Below, one piece after another: positions 47,537-55,911 of a DNA stretch of 64,000 nt (the stretch's first letter is position 1; each line of letters opens with the position of its first letter). Made by a program: the position numbers and the translations under genes. Source of the DNA: Patescibacteria group bacterium (GTDB lineage: Bacteria; Patescibacteriota; Minisyncoccia; Phycocordibacterales; JAKFXT01); assembly GCA_021731245.1 (NCBI GenBank), contig JAKFXT010000015.1, positions 14,889 to 78,888 on the forward strand. The letters are read 5' to 3'. The notes beneath the pieces are model-generated. The model saw nothing but the letters and a program-made list of their open reading frames with translations, did not search any database and was not told the DNA's origin.

Positions 47537-49216
47537 TTATTTCTTCTCTAAGCAATAAATTTCATTAGCAAATGTTGGAACAAAAAATCTTTTTGTTTTT
47601 TCATTGTAAGCAATTTTATTAACAATTCTTTCTACTGATTGGAATATGCCCGTGTTTTTTCCAGTTTGAGTATTAATTTCATACAATCTAGCATCATTTG
47701 ATCCAATATATAATTTGCCTTCTATTACTGTAGGACTAGCAAAAATTCTTCCTTGCGTCTCGAATTTCCATATTAACTTAAAATTATCCAAATCAAGACA
47801 GTAAAGATGTTTGTTAAGAGACGCAAAGAAAATTTTGTTTTCGTAAATAAAAGGAGATGAATATATGACCATTCCTGTATCATAAGTGTGGGCAACATCG
47901 CCTGTTTTTATTTTTAAAATATAAAGTTTCCCATCATGTGAACCGAATGTTACAAGCCCTCTTTTTTCATCAAAGGCAAAGGAAGCTTTTACCTCGCCCC
48001 CTGTTTGGAATTTCCAAACTATTTCGCCTGTTTTTGCTTTAAAACAATAAACTCCACCATCGTTTGAACCGATTACAACTAACTTATCTTTTTTGTAATA
48101 TGCGGGGGAACCGTGTGTTAAACCGTCAAATTTATGTTCCCAGCACTTTTTTCCTGTTTCAGCATTAAGTGCCACAATACCACCTCTTTTTTTCCAAAAT
48201 CCAAATTCAAGTCCAACATAAACAAGTTCCAAATCTTCTGCTATAGCGGGGGAGGAGCCTATCCAATCAGCCTCCATAAATATCCATTTTTTCTTACCGG
48301 TTTCTTTGTCTAATGCATAGAAATTGCCATCATAGGCCCCAAAATAGACTGAACCTTTATACAGAGATGGGGAAGAAAAAATGCTTTTTCCCTGTGCTCC
48401 AAATCCCAGAATTTTAAAACGCCAAACTTCTTTGCCGTCTTCTTGATCAAGCGCCCAGAAAGTTCCATTATCACTACCAAAAAATATTTTATTTTCATCA
48501 ATTGCTGGGGCTGATTTTGGAACAACGTATAAATAAGTTGGATTGGGTATTTTTACTTGCCATTTGATTTCAAATGGGAAGTTTATTTTTTCTTTATCTT
48601 TTTCAATTAGGTTTGAAATATCCAAAGAGTCTTTGAAATCATCAAGTGTAAATAAAGAAAATATTTTTATCCCCTTGTCATTTAAATATTTATAGTAGGA
48701 AATATCACGAAAACGTAAAACGGCGCAAACAGCAACAACTTTTTTTCCAAGAGACTCTAGAATTTCTATTTGCCTTACGAATCCAAGCCCCCTGTTCATC
48801 AAATCGTCTACCAAGACAACGGGGTCGTTTGTTAGGTTTCCCTCAATCATATTTTGGAGATCAGTTTTCTCGCGAGACTTACGAATATAGAAACCAGATA
48901 TATCTTTTTCTTTTGATTTTAAAACTAGGGAAGTAATAATAGGAATTGAGGCTGTTTCTAATCCACCAATTTGAAATTTAGGTAAATCTTTTAGTTTTTC
49001 TAAAAATAAATCAGAAATTTGGTTTAAAATTTCAGCATTAAAGAGAATTTTTCTAAAATCAAACACCCAGTCAACCTTTCTGTTGTTTTCATCGATGATT
49101 TTAGCAACATCTTTACTTATAAAGACTTGATTTTCTATTATTTTCTTTAAGTTTGGTAAAGTTTTATCCACAAAATTGAAAGCGCAATAGGTTCCCCTAG
49201 AGCTATACTTTAACAA
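47537..49216 (-). CDS. fusion protein: type I phosphoribosyltransferase domain + PQQ-like beta-propeller
   Basis: N-terminal PRTase PRPP-binding motif VVLVDDLMNRGLGF. The C-terminus has at least 6 PQQ/BamB-like repeats (G.FYALD..TGK..W.F). Confidence 0.6.
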   Translation of the reverse strand: MLKYSSRGTYCAFNFVDKTLPNLKKIIENQVFISKDVAKIIDENNRKVDWVFDFRKILFNAEILNQISDLFLEKLKDLPKFQIGGLETASIPIITSLVLKSKEKDISGFYIRKSREKTDLQNMIEGNLTNDPVVLVDDLMNRGLGFVRQIEILESLGKKVVAVCAVLRFRDISYYKYLNDKGIKIFSLFTLDDFKDSLDISNLIEKDKEKINFPFEIKWQVKIPNPTYLYVVPKSAPAIDENKIFFGSDNGTFWALDQEDGKEVWRFKILGFGAQGKSIFSSPSLYKGSVYFGAYDGNFYALDKETGKKKWIFMEADWIGSSPAIAEDLELVYVGLEFGFWKKRGGIVALNAETGKKCWEHKFDGLTHGSPAYYKKDKLVVIGSNDGGVYCFKAKTGEIVWKFQTGGEVKASFAFDEKRGLVTFGSHDGKLYILKIKTGDVAHTYDTGMVIYSSPFIYENKIFFASLNKHLYCLDLDNFKLIWKFETQGRIFASPTVIEGKLYIGSNDARLYEINTQTGKNTGIFQSVERIVNKIAYNEKTKRFFVPTFANEIYCLEKK

Positions 49217-49239
49217 AAAGGGTAATTTAAATCACTTAT

Positions 49240-49662
49240 ATGAATGAGAGAATAAAATACATATTTATAGTATCTGCCACCTTTTTGTTAACGCTCGTTT
49301 TGATTTATGGGACACCCCTTAGATACACAGATTTATTAGAGCCTAAAATTAAAGATGTTGATCCATCTGTTTTTTATCAAAAATATTCTCAAAATCCAGA
49401 TAAATATGTGTTTATAGATGTGAGACCCTTGGAGGCTTATAAAAATATACACGCGAAAGGATCGGTAAGTAAGCCACTCCATACTTTATATGATGAGCGT
49501 CATACATTGCCCAAAGATGATAAAGAAATTATACTAATATGTAGTGGAGGTCGTGCGTCAGGAGTAGGTTTTTTCTATCTTCAGCATTACGGCTTTACTA
49601 ACATAAGTCGTGTAGAAGGAGGAATAGAGAATTGGATAGAGAAAGGATTACCTACTGAATAA
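49240..49662 (+). CDS. rhodanese-domain protein (membrane-anchored)
   Basis: N-terminal TM and the rhodanese active-site loop ILICSGGRAS (Cys-x5-R). Confidence 0.7.
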   Translation: MNERIKYIFIVSATFLLTLVLIYGTPLRYTDLLEPKIKDVDPSVFYQKYSQNPDKYVFIDVRPLEAYKNIHAKGSVSKPLHTLYDERHTLPKDDKEIILICSGGRASGVGFFYLQHYGFTNISRVEGGIENWIEKGLPTE

Positions 49663-49671
49663 TATTTACAT

Positions 49672-49926
49672 ATGAAGAAAATATACAAAATTACGTTTTA
49701 TATTTTAACAACGATTGTGGTATTACCTGTCTTTTCATTATTTATTGATAATCAAAAAGACGATTCTGTTTTTGTAAACACTGTCTCTGCCGATGTCCCG
49801 GCTGTTGTTGTTCCACCTCAACCAGCCCCCTACGATTATTCGGGTGGTGGATCATCAGGTGATGGTTCTTGTGATAGTGGTGGAGCTGATGGTGGTGGTG
49901 GAAGCGGTTGTGATGGTGCTTGGTAA
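49672..49926 (+). CDS. small secreted/anchored Cys- and Gly-rich peptide, paralog 1
   Basis: N-terminal hydrophobic segment, ADVP motif, then the G/S/D-rich tail GGGSSGDGSCDSGGADGGGGSGCDGAW. Confidence 0.5.
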   Translation: MKKIYKITFYILTTIVVLPVFSLFIDNQKDDSVFVNTVSADVPAVVVPPQPAPYDYSGGGSSGDGSCDSGGADGGGGSGCDGAW

Positions 49927-49957
49927 GTATTTTTTATATTAAAAATTTATAGTAGAT

Positions 49958-51058
49958 ATGGATACTGAAAAACAAGACGATTTAGGAAAGTTGATAAAAA
50001 TTGGACTTCCCATTTTAATTTTAGGAGCTTTAGTTTTTGTTTTTTTTATAAATAGAGATTATTTTTTTAAAAAAGATGGAGTAGTAATGAAAGGTGCATC
50101 AAGTAGACAAGATTTGTCAAAGAAGAATAGTGATTTTGCTAAAGCAGAGTCACTCCTTAGAAATAATCCTAGCGAAGCTTTAATTTCATATAAAGAGGCT
50201 TTAGGTAATGCGTCTTCTCAAGAAGATTCAGATAGTATTTCTTTTAGAATAGCACTCGCAACATATAGAAGTGGTCAATTAAGTGAAGGTATTAATCTGT
50301 TTAAGAAACTTGTTTCTTCAAAGGATGTCTCTAATGTAACAAAAGCATATTCTATACAGTTTTTTGTTCAAGAATATTTTGCTACTAATAGTCAATCTTT
50401 GTTTGATTTAATATTCTCTGATGATCCATACAAGAGTTTTCTAAAAGATAATAATAAAGAAGGTGCAATAAGAGAGTTGGTTGAGTATGGTAAATCACTT
50501 CTTCCATTACCGTTACTAACCCTTAGATCAGCAGATTATAAAGCAAAAGATCTTATTATCTTCAAAAATGAATCAGATATAACCAAAGAAACACTTCTTT
50601 CAGGGATAAGTAATGATTTGAATATGGCGGAGGCGGGTATTGAAGCTCTAAGAGGAACACCAAATATAGATCAGTTGCCTGTTATATACAATAGAAAAAT
50701 GGTCCTTTTTACAAATTTAAAGCGAGCAGGATACATAATGGGGGATCCGGCAGATTCTTATGAAAAAGGAGTTAGTTTCTCTAATCTTTACAATGACAAG
50801 GAAACTTTGATGTTCTTACATTTAAATTACGCTATTTATTTGTTAATAGAAAATTCAGAAGCTAATGAAGAAAAGATACGTTCTATCTTAAAAAATATAG
50901 TTGAAGAAAAAGATAGAGACCTTAATGTTTTTCAATATTTAAAAAATAAAGCAAGTTCTAATAAGAATACAGATGAGTTTGTTAAGTTTATAATGGTTTT
51001 GGTTGACGTAGACGAATCATTCAAAGATTTACTCACGACATTAGGTTGGAAGTTCTAA
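49958..51058 (+). CDS. hypothetical membrane-anchored protein (helical repeat)
   Basis: One N-terminal TM helix, then an alpha-helical TPR-like domain. It is flanked by the two small peptide genes. Confidence 0.45.
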   Translation: MDTEKQDDLGKLIKIGLPILILGALVFVFFINRDYFFKKDGVVMKGASSRQDLSKKNSDFAKAESLLRNNPSEALISYKEALGNASSQEDSDSISFRIALATYRSGQLSEGINLFKKLVSSKDVSNVTKAYSIQFFVQEYFATNSQSLFDLIFSDDPYKSFLKDNNKEGAIRELVEYGKSLLPLPLLTLRSADYKAKDLIIFKNESDITKETLLSGISNDLNMAEAGIEALRGTPNIDQLPVIYNRKMVLFTNLKRAGYIMGDPADSYEKGVSFSNLYNDKETLMFLHLNYAIYLLIENSEANEEKIRSILKNIVEEKDRDLNVFQYLKNKASSNKNTDEFVKFIMVLVDVDESFKDLLTTLGWKF

Positions 51059-51063
51059 TCAAA

Positions 51064-51297
51064 ATGAAGAAAACTATTAAAAAAGCCATTTATATTATTG
51101 GTTTGGTTTTTGTTTTCCCAATGATTTCAATTTTTCTTAACAAAGAAGATAAAGTTGTTGACGTTGTAAAAATTGTCTTAGCGGATGTGCCAGTTAACAA
51201 TAATGTTCAAGATTATTATGGGGATTCCTCTAGTCTAGGGGGTGGTTGCGATGGGGCTGGGAGTGATGGTGGAAGTGGCTGCGACGGTTCTTGGTGA
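51064..51297 (+). CDS. small secreted/anchored Cys- and Gly-rich peptide, paralog 2
   Basis: MKKTIKKAIYIIGLVFVFPMISIF ... ADVP ... GGGCDGAGSDGGSGCDGSW. Same architecture as 49672..49926. The start was taken at the internal ATG, 4-nt coupled to the upstream gene. Confidence 0.5.
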   Translation: MKKTIKKAIYIIGLVFVFPMISIFLNKEDKVVDVVKIVLADVPVNNNVQDYYGDSSSLGGGCDGAGSDGGSGCDGSW

Positions 51298-51370
51298 TTA
51301 TTTTAGAAAAAAGAAAAGGCGCGATGGACTTTTTCAAGTCGTTGCGCCTTTTTGTTTGCCGTCCAAACAC

Positions 51371-52000
51371 TTACTTCATTTCACTTGTTTCACCACAGGC
51401 AATGAGTTGATGTATTTCTTCCGGACCGCCGCTACGATCGACGAATTTCATCATTACGTAACGTTTGATCTTGGAGTCAGTCGGAAACCAAGCGATTTGC
51501 ACCATGCTACTGGAGTAACCACTTGAGAGTCGGTAGGTCGTTACAACCTCGATTTTTATGGTGTCGAAAATACCAGCCGGAACTCTCACACCTTTTTCAA
51601 AGACGGAACTCGCCACGCTACTTTCAGCGTAGACCGTCACTCCCTGTTGCCGCGGATGGGGGTAGCTAAACTTTCCTCCCCCTGTAATTCCAGCCTTTAG
51701 CGGGTAATTCGGCATTACAAAAGCAGGTGAATACTTGATTCCATCACGCTCTAAAAGCTGATGGTCGTTGTTGTATATCCTAGTTGATAATCCTCGCCCA
51801 TCTTTCACTAAGAGCTTAAATCCGCCATCAGGAAAAATTTCGACAAACTCCTGTTGGACGATCCCAGCGACACGAGAATTACTCTCATAGTCGCATCGAT
51901 AACCCTTGTTGTAATCCGGTTTTGGAAATTCTTGCGACAGGGAGTTTCCAACAAGGAATGTAAGGAAAAGGCTCAGAATCAAAGCCACCGGCGTTTTCAT
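51371..52000 (-). CDS. secreted hypothetical protein; G+C-rich, foreign-composition gene
   Basis: Signal peptide MKTPVALILSLFLTFLVGNSLSQE. The start was set at the ATG that has a TAAGGAG RBS 9 nt upstream; the ORF track's longer start lacks an RBS. It has its own promoter, a 5' hairpin and an imperfect terminator at about 51300-51350. Confidence 0.55.
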   Translation of the reverse strand: MKTPVALILSLFLTFLVGNSLSQEFPKPDYNKGYRCDYESNSRVAGIVQQEFVEIFPDGGFKLLVKDGRGLSTRIYNNDHQLLERDGIKYSPAFVMPNYPLKAGITGGGKFSYPHPRQQGVTVYAESSVASSVFEKGVRVPAGIFDTIKIEVVTTYRLSSGYSSSMVQIAWFPTDSKIKRYVMMKFVDRSGGPEEIHQLIACGETSEMK

Positions 52001-52062
52001 CGAAGAGCGCTCCTTAATCTTTGAGTTTGGGGGCAAAATTGCCCATAAATCAATCCAATTCG

Positions 52063-52092
52063 ATTATAATAACAAAAAATCTATTCTGTCAA
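52063..52092 (-). promoter_or_regulatory. consensus promoter on the minus strand: TTGACA - 17/18 nt - (T)TATAAT
   Basis: Plus-strand tgtcaa (52087-92) and attataa (52063-69). The 5'-UTR hairpin GGGCA-aaau-UGCCC is at 52031-44. Confidence 0.6.
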
Positions 52093-52144
52093 ATCTTGTT
52101 AAAAATATATTTTTTGATTTGTGTTGAGATGATATGCTTCTTTT

Positions 52145-52846
52145 ATGAGTAGGAAAGTTTTACATATTTTCACTTTTTTTGTTTTGGCGGTAGTTGTTTT
52201 AAGTATTTCAAGAGAAAACGTTTATTTTAGTATAGGGAGCTATTATTTTGGAGGTGGGGGATATGATTTAAAAAAGGCAGAAAAATATTTTAGGAAAGTT
52301 GTTTCAATAGAAGAAGATTATCCAAGAGTTCATTATCAGTTGGCAAGAATCAATTTTTTGAATGCTAGGTTTGCTGAAGCGAAATCGGAAATAAATAAAG
52401 AAATAAGTTTATATCCAGATTTCCATAAATCTTATTATATGGAGGGTTTGATTGCAGGCTATGCAGGGGATTTTGATACTGCAATTAATGGTTTTAAAGA
52501 ATTTCAAAAGTACGATTCTTTTAATTGGGCAGCGTACAATGACTTGTCTTGGATATATTTTCAAAAAGGAGATTTTGAATTAGCTAAAGATGTGGCAATT
52601 GACGGTTTAGAACATGCTCCAAATAATCCTTGGCTTTATAATTCTTTGGGTATTGCGCTACTTAATTTAAAAGAAATGTCTGAAGCGAAGATTGCTTTTG
52701 AAAAAGCGCTCCAAAATATTGATAAAACAACACCAGAGCAGTGGGGCAAGTCCTATCCAGGGAACGACCCTAAAATATATAAAGATGGTTATTTGGCCAC
52801 CAAAGAATCAATAGTTTATAATCTGGAGCTTTTAAAGCAATACTAG
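52145..52846 (+). CDS. TPR-repeat protein with N-terminal membrane anchor
   Basis: TM helix followed by about 5 TPR-like repeats (W..Y.L..AL...G.Y..A). Confidence 0.6.
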   Translation: MSRKVLHIFTFFVLAVVVLSISRENVYFSIGSYYFGGGGYDLKKAEKYFRKVVSIEEDYPRVHYQLARINFLNARFAEAKSEINKEISLYPDFHKSYYMEGLIAGYAGDFDTAINGFKEFQKYDSFNWAAYNDLSWIYFQKGDFELAKDVAIDGLEHAPNNPWLYNSLGIALLNLKEMSEAKIAFEKALQNIDKTTPEQWGKSYPGNDPKIYKDGYLATKESIVYNLELLKQY

Positions 52847-52908
52847 GAAATATTTAGTGTGGATAAGGAATTAGAAAAGCTTTAGGCTATAGTGCTAACA
52901 TAGTATTA

Positions 52909-53805
52909 ATGGAGAAAAATTTAACCTCTTTTGCTAAGAATAATTTATACGCTTTAATATTTTTATTTGTTTTGGGCATATCTCTTTTGATTGGAACTTT
53001 AATTAAAAATGGTGGAGCCCCCATTAAGTCTTCAGAGTTTTCTTTTTATAGCTTATCTCCAAATGGTGAGCTCGGTGGGCGTAGCGTACCAGCTTCATGC
53101 CCATCTGATTTACACGATGACCCTACTTATGGAACAGCGTGCCAGTCGGCCCCGAATTCTTGTGGAGCAAGAGGTAATGGAACTTATCAATGTGGAGGAG
53201 TTTGTAATGCGACAGCTCCTGTTGCGGCAAATAATTATGGACAAGCTTGCTCATCAACAAATGCATGTGGCATAAGTGGGTCAGGAACATACAGCTGTTC
53301 TGGCACTTGCAGTGCCAACCCAGCGTTGCCTGCAGGATACGGACAATATTGCCAATCGCAACCAAATAATTGCGGTGTTTTTGGTCAGGGATACAGAGGA
53401 TGTAATGGAAGTTGTCCCGCCATTAGACCAGCTGATGATACAGATTGTAGTGATGTAGAAATTGAAGTTGGAACGACAACGACTATTACTATCCCACCTA
53501 ATTGTGAAATCGGAGGACCTGATTGTGAGGTTGTGACTACAATAATTCCACGCGACTCAGAGTTTGTTTCCCCTGGATCATCCTGTTCGATTTATTGGGA
53601 TGCAAGTCCTGCAACAAGATGTACTATAGTGGGACCAAGTGTAAATAGGCAAAATGAGCCACCATCAGGGTTGTTTGTAACACCAAGAATAGGAGTAGAT
53701 ACTCCAGGATCAGCCACTTACACCATAACTTGTTATAACGGAAACACTCTTGCTGCAGAGAGAAGATTCTCTTGTCGCTTGAATCCTAATTTCCAAGAAG
53801 TATAA
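52909..53805 (+). CDS. secreted/anchored cysteine-rich repeat protein
   Basis: N-terminal TM, then at least three repeats of C(Q/S)S.PN.CG..G.G(T)Y.C.G.C.A, followed by a C-terminal Cys-containing beta-rich region. Confidence 0.5.
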   Translation: MEKNLTSFAKNNLYALIFLFVLGISLLIGTLIKNGGAPIKSSEFSFYSLSPNGELGGRSVPASCPSDLHDDPTYGTACQSAPNSCGARGNGTYQCGGVCNATAPVAANNYGQACSSTNACGISGSGTYSCSGTCSANPALPAGYGQYCQSQPNNCGVFGQGYRGCNGSCPAIRPADDTDCSDVEIEVGTTTTITIPPNCEIGGPDCEVVTTIIPRDSEFVSPGSSCSIYWDASPATRCTIVGPSVNRQNEPPSGLFVTPRIGVDTPGSATYTITCYNGNTLAAERRFSCRLNPNFQEV

Positions 53806-53890
53806 GATTCTTATAAGGAAAAGTGTCTAAAACGAAGAGCTTTTTAAGTATTGCTAAACCCAAATTCTTTTGTTAGAGTAAGTCGCTATT

Positions 53891-54619
53891 ATGGCAGTAG
53901 AAACAGGAGAAATAGAAAACCCAACCATAGAACGACTCTTTAAAGCGGGTGTTCAATACGCCTACTCTAAATCACGAAGACATCCATCTGTGTCGCCTTT
54001 TATATTTGGTTCTAAAAATCGCGTTGAAATCTTCAATCTAGAAACTGTCTTCGGGGCTCTTACACTCTCTAAAGAATTCGTTAAAAGTCTTGGAAAAGAA
54101 AGAAAGGTTGTTTTAATAGTTGGAGGAAAACAAGAAGCTAGAGAAATAGTAGAGAGAGCCGCGGATTCTATTGGTATGCCAAGAGTTGCGGGAAGATTTA
54201 TTGGAGGCAGTCTTACTAATTTTCCTCAAATCAGAAAGCGTGTAGAAAAATTGGAAAAATTCTTGGAAGAAAAAGAGTCCGGTGAACTCAATCGCTATAC
54301 AAAAAAAGAACGATTACTTATTGATAGAGAAATCGCTCGTCTAACTCATAATTTCGGTGGAATTAGAACTATGAAAGCGCTTCCCGCAGCTCTCATTGTT
54401 ATTGATTCAAAGCGCGAGAATATCGCTGTTAAAGAAGCCAAAGATTTGGGAATTCCAGTTATAGCTCTACTTAACTCAGATTGTAATTTAAAAGAAGTGG
54501 CTTACCCTGTGCCAGGCAATGACTCACTTAAGAGCAGTATCTCCATTTTCCTTGAGGAAATGACTGAGGCTTATAAAGAAGGACAGAAAAGTATAACAAC
54601 TAGCCCAGAACTTTCTTAA
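53891..54619 (+). CDS. rpsB: 30S ribosomal protein S2
   Basis: LFKAGVQYAYSKSRRHP ... VLIVGGKQEA ... IPVIALLNSDCN are conserved. Confidence 0.9.
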   Translation: MAVETGEIENPTIERLFKAGVQYAYSKSRRHPSVSPFIFGSKNRVEIFNLETVFGALTLSKEFVKSLGKERKVVLIVGGKQEAREIVERAADSIGMPRVAGRFIGGSLTNFPQIRKRVEKLEKFLEEKESGELNRYTKKERLLIDREIARLTHNFGGIRTMKALPAALIVIDSKRENIAVKEAKDLGIPVIALLNSDCNLKEVAYPVPGNDSLKSSISIFLEEMTEAYKEGQKSITTSPELS

Positions 54620-54662
54620 AGTTTTTTAGTTTTTAAGTGGTTCCTTTTAATATTTTTTTATT

Positions 54663-55241
54663 ATGATTACAACTGAACAAATAAAGCAATTGCGTGATCA
54701 GACAGGTATTTCTGTAATGCAGTGTAAAAAAGCACTTGAAGAGGCGGGCGGGGATATGGAAAAGGCTTTAATAATTTTAAGAAAAAAAAGTAGTGACATT
54801 GCTGCTAAAAAGGGAGATAGAGAACTTGGTTCTGGTGCTATTGGTTCATATTTGCACAATAGCGGCACAATTGGTGCCATGGTGGTTCTCCAAAGTGAAA
54901 CAGATTTCGTATCAAAAAATGAAGAGTTTAGAAAGTTGGCATATGATATCGCCATGCATGTTGCAGCGAGTAATCCAACTTATCTTTCTATGCAAGATAT
55001 TCCAGAAAACGACATGAAAAAAGCTGGGGAAGTTTTTGAAAAAGAGGCGGAAGGAAAACCAGCCGAAATGCGCGAAAAGATAGTAAAAGGGAAATTAGAA
55101 GCATACTTTAAAGATAAGGTTTTGCTTGAACAGCCGTTTATAAAGAATCCTGATGTGACCATTAACACTCTGCTTTCTGAAGCGGTGCAAAAGTTCGGTG
55201 AACGCGTGGCCATCTCTACCTTCACAAGATTAAGCGCTTAG
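54663..55241 (+). CDS. tsf: elongation factor Ts (short form)
   Basis: N-terminal UBA-like LRDQTGISVMQCKKALEEAGGDMEKA and the dimerisation core. Confidence 0.85.
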   Translation: MITTEQIKQLRDQTGISVMQCKKALEEAGGDMEKALIILRKKSSDIAAKKGDRELGSGAIGSYLHNSGTIGAMVVLQSETDFVSKNEEFRKLAYDIAMHVAASNPTYLSMQDIPENDMKKAGEVFEKEAEGKPAEMREKIVKGKLEAYFKDKVLLEQPFIKNPDVTINTLLSEAVQKFGERVAISTFTRLSA

Positions 55242-55433
55242 TCACAACAAATCAATTCTCGCTTTTTTGACGAGAATTAATTTGAGGTGCGGAAAGGGGG
55301 TCGGGGAAAACTTTAGGTTTCCCCGTGGAGGAAAGCAGCGAGTAAAGCGAGCGTTGAGAACCGAGGGATTCTCAAAAATAAAATATCTAATTGGATTTCT
55401 ACGAGATATTTTATTTTTGCTATAATTAGTAAT

Positions 55434-55868
55434 ATGGGACTTATTTATATATTTTTTTCGTCGCTAGCTGGGATACTAATTTTGATATCTCTTAAAGCTT
55501 GGGAGCTACATCGTGGAGCTAAGCCTTTTTCTGTTTTGCGTTATAGGCTAGATATTATTGTCAGGAGAAGTGTAGAAAATATTAAATTACACGCTCGTTA
55601 TATAAGTTGGACAACCGCTCGTATTACACTTGCTTTTATTGTGGCAAAGATTGTTGATTTCCTGACTTTAATTTGGCAAAAACTTACTAATTCAGAATTC
55701 TTCAAATTAATTAGAGGTAAAGTTATTCCTAAAGCGTCCGGCCCCGTTTCTGCATTCCTTAAAGATGTAGCTGAATTCAAAAGCGCTGGAGTTGTGGGAA
55801 GTGAGGAAATGAAAAAAGAGTTTGAAAAGGAGGTTGAAAAATCTGTTGAGGTTGATTTAAAAAAGTAG
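55434..55868 (+). CDS. hypothetical membrane protein
   Basis: N-terminal TM plus an amphipathic/charged C-terminus. No recognisable domain. Confidence 0.4.
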   Translation: MGLIYIFFSSLAGILILISLKAWELHRGAKPFSVLRYRLDIIVRRSVENIKLHARYISWTTARITLAFIVAKIVDFLTLIWQKLTNSEFFKLIRGKVIPKASGPVSAFLKDVAEFKSAGVVGSEEMKKEFEKEVEKSVEVDLKK

Positions 55869-55911
55869 ATATTTTGCCATTTTGTAAGTATTTGTTAGAG
55901 TAGGCACTATT

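Noticed and set aside
46941-47568. Plus-strand ORFs 46941..47501 (186 aa), 47248..47568 (106 aa) and 47012..47236 (-) overlapping cassette 2
   Set aside because: These are spurious antisense or alternate-frame ORFs within high-GC DNA. The real gene is the minus-strand 46896..47417, which has a signal peptide, RBS and promoter.
51242-51526. 94-aa plus-strand ORF spanning the peptide-gene end and the cassette-3 terminator region
   Set aside because: It overlaps the terminator and runs antisense into the GC-rich minus-strand gene, so it is an artefact.
51998-52010. SapI-type site (GAAGAGC) abutting the cassette-3 start codon, and BglII AGATCT sites in the cassette-1 and cassette-2 UTRs, as evidence of cloning scars
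   Set aside because: Six to seven-bp sites occur by chance many times in 64 kb. They are suggestive only when combined with the idealised promoter/RBS/terminator architecture, so they were not used as independent evidence.
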